Shown: positions 50,999 to 64,000 of the stretch, in pieces
Layout: every line of letters begins with the position of its first letter
How positions within the stretch are numbered: the stretch's first letter is position 1
Assembly: GCA_009914755.4 (NCBI GenBank)
Contig: CP068257.2
Span: forward strand, 35,904,001-35,968,000
Length of the DNA stretch: 64,000 nt
DNA from: the human T2T-CHM13v2.0 reference genome, Homo sapiens
Direction: 5' to 3'
Notes under the pieces: model-generated
What the model was told of the DNA's origin: nothing
The model's database searches: none
What the model saw: the letters and a program-made list of their open reading frames with translations, nothing else
Made by a program: the position numbers and the translations under genes

Positions 50999-51713
50999 AA
51001 ATCCCATCTTAATTCAACTCACCTGCACGCTTTCAGACCTCTCTTGGTCTTTGCCCCTCTGTGGTAACTATTGCATTTCTAGAACACTGGACTTAATTCC
51101 CAAGCCCTTCTTCACATCCAGGCATTCTAGGACAGGAAGAAACTGCTGTCTGATTCTATAATTATCACACTTTCCATGGCTGAGTGAAGTTTTGACAGAA
51201 CTTTTATTCAAATGTTATACCCTTGTTAAAGCAAACTAAATATGGCTTGAGAAGGACTCCGTACTTCTATATTTTAGTCCTTGTGGATGAACTGCAAACT
51301 AACTTCATAGGTAGACAAGATTGAGACCCTGATTTCAGAGTATGCACACCTGTAACAATAGCTGAATCTTGGCCAATCCCAGCAGCCGTACTTCAACCAC
51401 TCAAACACTGCTGAGTGTTCACACTATGTTCAAATAAGGCCAACACCGAGCCATAACCAATCCAGCTGTTTCTGTACCTCGCCTCTGATTTCTGTACATC
51501 GCTTTACTCTTTTTGTTTATAAATGTGCTCTGACTACGAGGCACCCTGGGAGTCTTTCTGAATCTGCTGTGATTCTGGGGGCTGCCAGATTCGTAGATCA
51601 TTCATTGCTCAATTAAACTCCTTTAAACTTAATTCAGCTGAAGTATTTCTCTTAACACACTTTATGTCTAACCTTTCCAGTTTCTTGATGCACCTTTTAA
51701 AAATTGAAGAACA

Positions 51714-52058
51714 GGCTGGGTGCAGTGGCTCATGTCTCTAGTCCCAGCACTTTGGGAGGCCGAGGTGGGCGGATCATGAGGTCAAAAGATCGAGACCATC
51801 CTGGCCAACATGATGAAACCCCATGTAGTAGGGTCTTTAGTAGAGATGTCTCTACTAAAAATACAAAAATTAGCTGGGCATGGTGTCATGTGCCTGTAGT
51901 CCCAGCTACTCAGGAGGCTGAGGCAGGAGAATCGCTTGAACCCAGGAGGCAGAGGTTGCAGTGAGCCAAGATCGTGTCACTGCACTCCAGCCTGGTGACA
52001 GAGTGAGTCGACTCTGTCTCAAAAATAAATTAAATAAATAAATAAATAAATAAATAAA
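51714..52058 (+). mobile_element. Alu SINE with about 25-bp internal insertion and (AAAT)n tail; TSD TTGAAGAACAG
   Basis: GGCTGGGTGCAGTGGCTCATGTCTCTAGTCCCAGCACTTTGGGAGGCCGAGGTGGGCGGATCATGAGGTCAAAAGATCGAGACCATCCTGGCCAACATGATGAAACCCCATGTAGTAGGGTCTTTAGTAGAGATGTCTCTACTAAAAATAC...AAATAAATTAAATAAATAAATAAATAAATAAATAAA; ATTGAAGAACAG at 51703-51714 and again at 52058-52069. Confidence 0.95.
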
Positions 52059-52483
52059 TTGAAGAACAGATGTAGGGAGCTAACACTTCACTGGGGTGTA
52101 CGTGAAAATCCCAGAGAGGCCAGAGCGAGAGCTCAAGGGATTGAGGAGGGAAGGAAGGAAACTCATGGAAGGGGGTGAGTTACTGATCTGGTCCCAGCTT
52201 CTCTAGGATGGCCAACTGGTTGCTGCTGGGGAGGCTGTTTGGCCACGCTGTTTGTCAGAATGCTCCGCAGGAGGGGGAGTGGGAAGGATGCATCCAGTGG
52301 AAACCCCCATCTGTCTCCTCTCATCAAAATTCTCTTCTCAGGGGGAATTTTCATTAACTCTCCACAGCTCTGGGTCCCCCTCCCTACCCAGGAAGCCCGA
52401 GGGGTTAGGCTCTTTCTCAGGATACCCCTTCTCTGGGCAGCCTGGCTCCTTTCTCTCTGTTTTTTAAAAAAAATTCATTTTCT

Positions 52484-52625
52484 GGCCAGGTGCCCTGGCT
52501 CATGCCTATAATCCCAGCACTTTGGGAGGCCGAGGCGGGAGGATTGCTTGGGCCCAGGAGTTCAAGAGCAGCCTGGGCAACACAGTGAGACCCCATCTCT
52601 ACAAAAAATTTAAAAAAATTTTTTT
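52484..52625 (+). mobile_element. Free Alu monomer (FLAM-like) with A-rich tail
   Basis: GGCCAGGTGCCCTGGCTCATGCCTATAATCCCAGCACTTTGGGAGGCCGAGGCGGGAGGATTGCTTGGGCCCAGGAGTTCAAGAGCAGCCTGGGCAACACAGTGAGACCCCATCTCTACAAAAAATTTAAAAAAA. Confidence 0.8.
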
Positions 52626-53161
52626 TCTTTCAGGATGGGCCCTGTAGAGTGCATTTCTCACAGGGAGCACATGTTTTGGGTGCTGTCTTTCCATAGGGCC
52701 CTTCTGACTGGCGGGTGAACCTCTGTGACTTTCTGCTTCTGAGTGGTCTTGGTGGGACTTCCCCCACTTGGGAAGGCTGTTCCTTTCTTTCATGTAACCG
52801 AAGCTGGGATCTTGGGGTAGAAAGAGTCAAGGGCCATGCAAGCAGCCCTGGCAAGGCCAGGCTGCGGGAGGGGTGACATCTGCTGTGTTTCCCCCATTGC
52901 TTACCCCTCAAACCCGTGGTTCCTGTGTTCTGGTCAGTTCTGCCTCTGGCTGGCCTCACAGACCCTGCATGTCTAGAGCATGCCCTTGGGCTCGTTCCTG
53001 GGAGAAGAATGGCCACATCAGGACAGACACCTGCCTGTCTACTAAGAAACACGTCCCCATGGCCCTGAGTCCCCCTTGCCTCACCTGTGTCATATCCTGC
53101 ATTTCTGGCCCTGCCTCCTTCTTAGCTCAGCTCTGCAAAGAACCTTAGAGAACATTTGGAA

Positions 53162-53341
53162 CAGTGGTTCTCAAACTTTAGCAAGCTTCAGATTTCTCTG
53201 GAGGACTCGTTACAGATGGCTGGGTCACATCCCCAGGCGCTCGAAGTGCCTGATCTAGTTGCCTGTGATGAGGCCTGGGAATTTGCATTTCTAACAAGTT
53301 CCCGGGTGCTGCTGGCTCAAGGACCCCACTTGGAGAACCAG
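53162..53341. mobile_element. Nonautonomous hAT-type MITE (MER5/MER20-like) of about 180 bp with terminal inverted repeats
   Basis: Starts CAGTGGTTCTCAAACTTTAGC and ends CTTGGAGAACCAG (imperfect inverted repeat); internal TGGGAATTTGCATTTCTAACAAGTTCCCGGGTGCTGCTGGCTCAAGGACCCCAC matches a widespread mammalian MITE motif. Confidence 0.55.
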
Positions 53342-55360
53342 AGCGCTAAGGGTCCTCGGTGGCCCAGCAGGACCCCTGCAGATGCCTAAGGCAGATCAGT
53401 GCTCAGTGGCTAGGAGCGCAGACTGGAGCTGGCCTCCCTGGGCTCAAATTCTGACCAGGGGCAAGTGACTGAAACTCTCCACTCAGTGTCTCCATCTGCA
53501 GTAGGGATAGTGACAAGGTTCTGGGGGTGAAGAGAAAGAGAGTGTCTGGAAGGCACTGAGAGCAGTCCCAGCTCATTATTTGGGCCGCATCAATGCAGCC
53601 TATTGTCATTCTTGTTTTGCTCACAGGGAAAGAGAAATTTAGGGGGTGAAAATTAGGCCCAAGCTGGCCAGAAGCCCATCGGAGCCTAGACTCCTTGTCT
53701 TCTCACTCCGGTGGCATTACCTTTCCACTCTCCAGGCCACCTCCTTTTGGTGTCTTGGTCACGTAGCTGCTTTCATCAGCCCCTGAGGAAATGTGGGGTC
53801 CATCCAGAAGAACATGGAAGATGTCTGTAGATGCCACCCCAGGCTTCACCCAGTGCTTTCACTGGGAAGAAAGAACACAGGGTGGGAGTTTGTCGCCAGC
53901 TCTTGCATTTCCCACCCGCATCTCTCAGGGCCTTTCTTTCCTTGTGTGAGGATAACAGTGGTGCCTACCTCTGAGGTTTCTGGAAGGATTACATTTGACG
54001 AAATATGATCAAGCCCCTAGCAAAGTGTAAGGCACAGAGTCCGCCCTCTGTAGAGCCTCGTTGTCACCACGGCTGACACGGGTGTCCTCTGGTCTCCTAG
54101 GATCAGGCCAGGTTTCCTTATCTCCGCAAGAAGTCTTCTGGTGCATGGGCCCAGCTGTCAAAACAGATGGTTTTGCTGTTTCCTTCATTCATGCAAACTA
54201 TTAAAAATAAATCCAGGAGTGACTGCATGGAGGCGTGGCAGCTCTGCGGTTCTGCCAGGGGCTGGGTGTCCCCAGCTGTCCCCGCCTCATGACATCTCCT
54301 CCCCGCCCCCTCTGTTACCCTTTGATCCCCGTCTACACAGCACAACTCACATTTTCTCTATTATTTTATACCATTCCCGTTAGTTTTAATCCTGTGGTCC
54401 TAGATTTGTATTTACATTTTTTTCTGATTATTGGACACCATTTTGTCCAAAGCCCTGCCCTCTGGCTTTCATGAGTAACAGTGAAACCAGATCGAAAAAC
54501 TTGAGAAAATTGAAAAATTCTTTCCTTTGAACCACACTTTTAGGGAAAAAAGGCAAAGCATAAGAATAAAAAAAAGCTAATAAAAATTAAGAGACATTGT
54601 TAATTTATTTGAAGACCTTTGAGGGCCTGTCTTCACACCACCTCCACCTCACTATCACCAGGAACTGTGACTGATGTCATTGAAACATGGCCAGGACTTT
54701 GTATGCAGGTGTATTTAGGTTTGTGGGGTCCAAAACATATGATTCTGGGGGCCCACTTTAATAATAGGAAATTATGAATATGAAGTTAGGTATAAAAGTG
54801 ACTATCTATTTAGAAGAGACACCAATCACCATCAATTATAAATTTAATAACACACACATAAAAGGATCCAGAAAAGTAACCTAGTATTTTATTTATATTA
54901 ACTAACTATATTTTTTTTGGGGGGTGGGGGATACCTATTCTTTGCTCTCCTCTTCATTTGATGAAATTTTTAAAATTTTCTAAAAAAGAGAATGGATTGG
55001 TAATCTGGTCTTTCCCCTGGCATCTGGAATCAATATTTATTTATTATCGACAGGTGAGACATTATTTATTTATTTATTTTAGCCTCACAGCTCATTATTG
55101 GTAATGATGTCATGCAAAGTTTTAGAATTGTTGTTAAAATTGGGAAGACCTCTATCAAGTTTCTTTCACACATGGGCTTTAAGTGTTCAAGGCATTTCAT
55201 GTTTTCTTGACTATGCTTAAGTAGTCTTTGAACCAACATTTCCTCATTATCCAGATGGTCACGAATGCCTATATTATGAGTTTTTCATGATCAGTGTCAG
55301 TATTCAGTGCCACAAAAGCAAAAAATTGGAATCTTATTTCAATGTGTTCCTATGATTCAC

Positions 55361-55664
55361 TTTTTTTTTTTTTTTTTTTTCAGACAGGGTCTTGTGCTGT
55401 TGCCCAGGCTGCAGTACAGTGGTATGAACATGGCTCACTGTGGCTTCAACTACCCAGGCTCAAGCAATCCTCCCACCTCAGCCTCCCATGTAGCTGGGAC
55501 TACAGGTGCGCACCACCACACCCAGCTACTTTTTTGATTTTTTTTGTAGAGACAGGGGTCTCACTATGTTGCCCAGGCTGGTCTCAAACTCCTGGGCTCA
55601 GCAATCCTCCTGCCTTGGCCTCCTAAAGTGCTGGGATTATGGGAGTGAGCCACTGCACCTAGCC
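55361..55664 (-). mobile_element. Alu SINE, antisense
   Basis: TTTTTTTTTTTTTTTTTTTTCAGACAGGGTCTTGTGCTGTTGCCCAGGCTGCAGTACAGTGGTATGAACATGGCTCACTGTGGCTTCAACTACCCAGGCTCAAGCAATCCTCCCACC...GGAGTGAGCCACTGCACCTAGCC. Confidence 0.95.
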
Positions 55665-56054
55665 CACTTCTTATTATTAATTGGATATCAAATCATTCAA
55701 GAAACTATTTATTATTTCTATTAGAAATTTATCTTCCTATTAATGATTTACTGCTTTTGGTGTAAACTTTTTTGTTATTGAAGTTCCTTTTTTAATATAG
55801 AAATAATTTCTGTTGTTTCATTATTCATCATTATAGCTTTTAAAATATTCTATTTTTTTCTTTTAACCCTTTAACAAATTTTAAATTGTCAAAAAGTTAC
55901 TTTTTATGCATGTCTACATAAAGAGTCTGTAATTTCTCCCATGTTTTATCGAAACATTCCAAAACATCTTTTCAAATCACAGTTAAATTAACATATTCAA
56001 GCTTCGTCAACATTTTGAGTAAATTTTTTTTGGCATTCCTGTTGTGTTTGGGTT

Positions 56055-56334
56055 TCTCTCTCCCTCTGTCATGCAGGCTGGAGTGCAGTGGTGCAATCAT
56101 ACTTTACTGCAGCTTTGAAATCTTGGGCTCAAGTGATTGCCTTTCCTCAGCCTCCTGAGCAGGTGAGACCACAGGCATGTACCACTCTACCTGGCTATAT
56201 ATATATTTTTTTTTTGGTAGAGATAGGTGCTGTTATGTTGCCCAGGCTGGTCTTGAACTCTTGGCTTCAAGTGGTCTTCTACCTTGGCCCCCAAAAATGT
56301 TGAGATCATAGGCACCCGTCACCACACCTGGCCC
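56055..56334 (-). mobile_element. Alu SINE, antisense, 3' poly-T end missing
   Basis: CTGTCATGCAGGCTGGAGTGCAGTGGTGCAATCATACTTTACTGCAGCTTTGAAATCTTGGGCTCAAGTGATTGCCTTTCCTCAGCCTCCTGAGCAGGTGAGACCACAGGCATGTACC...ATAGGCACCCGTCACCACACCTGGCCC. Confidence 0.85.
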
Positions 56335-56879
56335 TCTCTTGAATCTGTAATAACATATACTAGAATCCTCATAATACTATTATAACCATGTTTCAAAGGT
56401 TGGAGAGGTTTATAAGGACATCTCTGTAATTAGACCCATCAAAGAAAAATCCAGTTGATATGTGTGCTTAAAATACTCCATCAATGAACCTGAACTGCCC
56501 CCCCTGCCACATATAACTATTGCAGAATATCAGGGTAGTTAAAACTTTAGGTCCTGTGTAGGCAGATACTTTTCCTATGAGTCAAAGAAATGAGATGTTC
56601 AATGCCCATATATTGTGATATTTGTGTCACCAAGCTGGGTGAATTGGAAGAGTGTGTAGGAAGAGTATTCCTAGAGGTCATTTCTACACTAGACTAGCTG
56701 GTGATAAGTTCATGTGGAAGTAATTGTGAAGCACATACATTTATCCTGTTAAACCCAAACTAAACTTAATCCCACCCCTGAGCCAGAACACAAAAATCAC
56801 GGCAGCCACTCCAGTTCCACCAGTCATGAGGGGAAGTGTGATAGAGGGAAACTGAAGTAGGTGGAGACAGTGGTCTAAT

Positions 56880-59600
<2,721 letters not shown>

Positions 59601-59649
59601 GGAAAGGATGGTTCTCTCTCAGTTTGATGGCTAGACAAGGTCATACACA

Positions 59650-60056
59650 CCATCTATGGCTGTTTGCAAAGACCCCCCAAAAGCCTGATCTGGTTCCTTG
59701 ACACCTTGAATTTTCTCTGTCAAGGGCTGAACTGTGTCCCCCAAAAGTCATCTGTTGAAGTCCTAACCCCCAGTACCTCAGAATGTGACTGGATTTGGAG
59801 ATAGGACTTTTAAGGAGGTGACTGAGGTTAAATGAGGTCACAGGAATGGGTTCTAATTTAAACTGACTGGCATCTTTGTAAGGAGAGGAGGTTAGGACAC
59901 AAACAGACACAAAAGGAAGACCCTGTGTAGACTCAGGAGAAGACGCCATCTGCAAGCCAAGGAGAAGGGCTTCAGACTGAAATGAAATGAAACCCCCACT
60001 ACAGACACCTTGATCTTGGACTTCCAGCCTCCAGAACTGTGAGAAAATAAATGTCT
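59650..60056 (+). mobile_element. ERVL-MaLR solo LTR (MST/MLT1-type), 3' end truncated by an Alu insertion
   Basis: CTGAACTGTGTCCCCCAAAAGTCATCTGTTGAAGTCCTAACCCCCAGTACCTCAGAATGTGACTGGATTTGGAGATAGGACTTTTAAGGAGGTGACTGAGGTTAAATGAGGTCACAGGAATGGG...GACACAAACAGACACAAAAGGAAGACCCTGTGTAGACTCAGGAGAAGACGCCATCTGCAAGCCAAGGAGAAGGGCTTCAGACTGAAATGAAATGAAACCCCCACTACAGACACCTTGATCTTGGACTTCCAGCCTCCAGAACTGTGAGAAAATAAATGTCTGG. Confidence 0.8.
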
Positions 60057-60057
60057 G

Positions 60058-60525
<468 letters not shown>

Positions 60526-62107
60526 TTAAATTATACCAAATATTTTCTTGCTCTCTCTCTCTGTGTCTCTCTGAGTTTTACTCCAAAGGTTTTCTGGAGA
60601 GGGCGCGCGGTGGAAACCAGACTTTGTTGGCGGAAAGAGATGGTTCAAACCTTTTGTCTGCTGCTTGCTCACTGGACGTTGGGCGAGGCATCTTACATGT
60701 TTGAGCCACTGCTTCCTCATTTGTAACTGGGAAATGATGCCCTCTCAACGGATAGACATGAGCGTTATATGAGATAAAGCTGTAATTTGCTTCCTGGCCC
60801 ATAACAGACCCCAAATAAATGCTATTTTCCATTTCTTCTCTTCCTTCTCCCAACCCATAGTTAGCCAGAAAAAAACCAGTTATGAACCAAAGAAAATTCC
60901 AGTTCACTGAATCCCTGTTTACATTTATGTAAATTAGAAGCATAAATGTAAATTACATTTATGTGCACTGCACTCCCAAATCAGTGTCCTCAGCAGGAGT
61001 TCAAAGAGGTGCTGCTCCCAGACTCAGGAAGTGCACCACTAGGCCGGTCCATGGACAGTCTTCTGAGCATGGGCCCCTCTCAGAAACAGAGGCTGTTTCA
61101 AGAATTCTATAGACATTGCATTTATTGGGCAACTGGCAAGCTGATGTCCCACCTAGTGGTTAGTGGGAGGTAGCCCATTTCAAGAAGAGATGAGAAGACC
61201 TTTCATAATATCTTCTGCTGGGCAGAGCCTGAAGAACTGTGTCAGCTCACCCCATTCTCTCCATTTACAGAGGCCTGGGCACGTACAGCACAAGCGTGAG
61301 GCATGACAGGTGCAGCGTGCAACGTCCTCTGGCAATGAGGGTGGGGCTGGTGAGAGTCACTCTCCTGGAGAGAGAGAGAAAGTCCTGAGATTAAGAGGCA
61401 TACCTTTGAATGGTTTCCCTAAAATATAAAATATTTCAAATACACAGAAAAGTTTATAACACACAACACATTCCCCACCCAACTCTCTTGAGTGCTAACA
61501 TTTTGTCACACTTGCTTTCTGTTTTATTAAGAAGCAAAACAATATATATGCCGTCAAATCTCCTAAAATACCCTTCCACGACCCTTTCTCTTCCCTGTCT
61601 TTCACCCAGTGGTAACCATCAGCTCCAATTTTGTGTGTACCTTTAATGGCATTCAAAAATTCCACTAACATCCCATGTGTGAATCCATTTTTTACATGTT
61701 TTCAAAATTTATTTTATTGATGACATGCTGTATGTATTTTTTCTATTATGAATAATGCAATGAACTTTCTTGTGCCATTTTCCCTATGGAACTTCTGCAA
61801 AAGTTTCTCTATTATTTTTTTACATGTGGAACTGCTGGATCAAAGAGCAAATGTTTTCTTTCCAGAGGTATTGTACCAAATTACCCTTCAAATCTCCAGA
61901 GGTAAGAAGACCTCATGCTCTATATTTGCACTTATGTTGAGATTGTTAGTCTTCTTAATATTTTCCATTTGATGGTTATGAAATGACATTTCATACTGTT
62001 TTGATTCATAGTTTCTTATTTAGTAGCTATATTGAACATCTTTTTATGTTTCTTGGCCTTGTATTTTTTTTCTCTTCTGAATGGTCTGTTGATATCTTTT
62101 GCCTTTT

Positions 62108-62393
62108 ATTTTTAGTTTTCAGACAGGGTCTCGTTCTGTCATTCAGGCTGGAGTGCAGTGGCGGGATCACAGCTCACTGTAAACTTTGTCTCCCAGGTTC
62201 AAGCAATCCTGCCTCCTCAGCCTCCTGAGTAGCTGGGACTACAGGTGCACGCCACCATGGCTGGCTAATTTTTGTGTTTTTTGTAGAGACAGAGTTTTGC
62301 CATGTTGCCCAGGCTGGTCCCGAATTCCTGAGCTCAAGTGATCCTCCCACTGTGGGCCTCCCAAAGTGCCAGGCATGAGCCACTGTGCCTGGC
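62108..62393 (-). mobile_element. Alu SINE, antisense; TSD about CTTTTATTTTTAGTT
   Basis: TTCAGACAGGGTCTCGTTCTGTCATTCAGGCTGGAGTGCAGTGGCGGGATCACAGCTCACTGTAAACTTTGTCTCCCAGGTTCAAGCAATCCTGCCTCC...CAGGCATGAGCCACTGTGCCTGGCC; CTTTTATTTTTAGTT at 62103 and CCCTTTTATTTTTTAGTT at 62394. Confidence 0.95.
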
Positions 62394-62419
62394 CCCTTTT
62401 ATTTTTTAGTTGGACTTTT

Positions 62420-63275
<856 letters not shown>

Positions 63276-64000
63276 TTATGAATAAAGCTGCTGTGAACAT
63301 TCTGGTACATGCCTTTTGGTGCGCACAGAGCGAAAGTGCGAGGTCATAGGGCCCACGCGTCCAGCGTTTGTAAAGTCTGCCTGTAATGATGCTGCGAGTG
63401 CTGAAGACCCTTCCATTTTCGACCTGTCAGGATGTTAGCTGCTGCTGGGAGCTGCCTGGCCAAATGCTATCCTCTTAGCCCAGTGACAGTCCTGATTTAA
63501 TGACTAGGAGATGTGGGGATAAAACAGCCCAGCCCCACAGGTTAATGCTGGACGTCTCTGAAGGACCATCCCAGCTTCAGAACTTCCTGAAGGATCACCT
63601 GAAGTCTCCATTTCAAAGTTGAACAGAAGCAGTCAGGACAAATACAATTTTCCCTTCTTACCAGTGTAAGGGGGAAAGCAACCTTGTATTTCTGGAATCA
63701 ACTCCATTGGTCATGATGTATTTTTTATATTTTCCTTGTTATTATTGGTAGTATTTTAAAAAAGATGTTTGGACCTAACTGCATGAGGGATATTGGACTA
63801 TCATTTTCTTCTCTTATCTTCTCTTGCCATAAAATGAGTAGGGAAGAGTTTCCTCCTACTATATTTCTGAAAGAGATTGGTATTTTTATTTCTATTTGAT
63901 AGACTTTACTGGTGGAACCATCTGGGATGAGTAATTTCTTTGTGAGAAAATTTTAAAATTACAAAATTCAATTTCTCACTATATATATATATGTAGATGC

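Noticed and set aside
60900-60965. AT-rich near-palindromic cluster ACATTTATGTAAATTAGAAGCATAAATGTAAATTACATTTATGT
   Set aside because: Short, low-complexity, AT-rich direct/inverted repeats of about 10 bp, of a kind common in AT-rich human DNA; no evidence of a hairpin RNA gene or transposon TIR.

Overview
This 64-kb window is primate, almost certainly human, nuclear genomic DNA; it is not a prokaryotic or viral locus. I base this on about 40 Alu SINE copies of several ages, including very young AluY-like copies, plus L1 LINE fragments, MIR SINEs, ERVL-MaLR solo LTRs (THE1/MST/MLT1 types), DNA-transposon remnants and microsatellites. Roughly half the window is recognisable interspersed repeat. 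Almost every ORF of 60-250 aa in the supplied six-frame track is either a translated Alu (the recurring '[20 protein letters not shown]' and '[18 protein letters not shown]' motifs), a remnant of L1 ORF2, or a GC-composition artefact. I could not identify any confident protein-coding exon, tRNA, rRNA or CRISPR array. The one clear gene-regulatory candidate is a CpG island at about 41.95-42.66 kb that looks like a bidirectional TATA-less promoter. It has divergent Kozak-context ATGs on both strands, two CACGTGAC E-boxes and a TGACGTC CRE-like site. Other points worth a second look are two non-island regions that keep unusually many CpGs inside ancient MIR-containing sequence (24.2-26.1 kb and 29.5-30.7 kb), an unclassified 585-bp retroviral-LTR-like insertion splitting an Alu at 44.06-44.65 kb with an adjacent ERV-like TATA/PBS segment, a 31-bp exact repeat at two sites 2.7 kb apart, an unclassified 516-bp insertion breaking L1 ORF2 colinearity, and several nested transposon insertions with clear target-site duplications. 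All coordinates are approximate to within about 10 bp. Family and subfamily names come from memory of consensus sequences, not from a database search.
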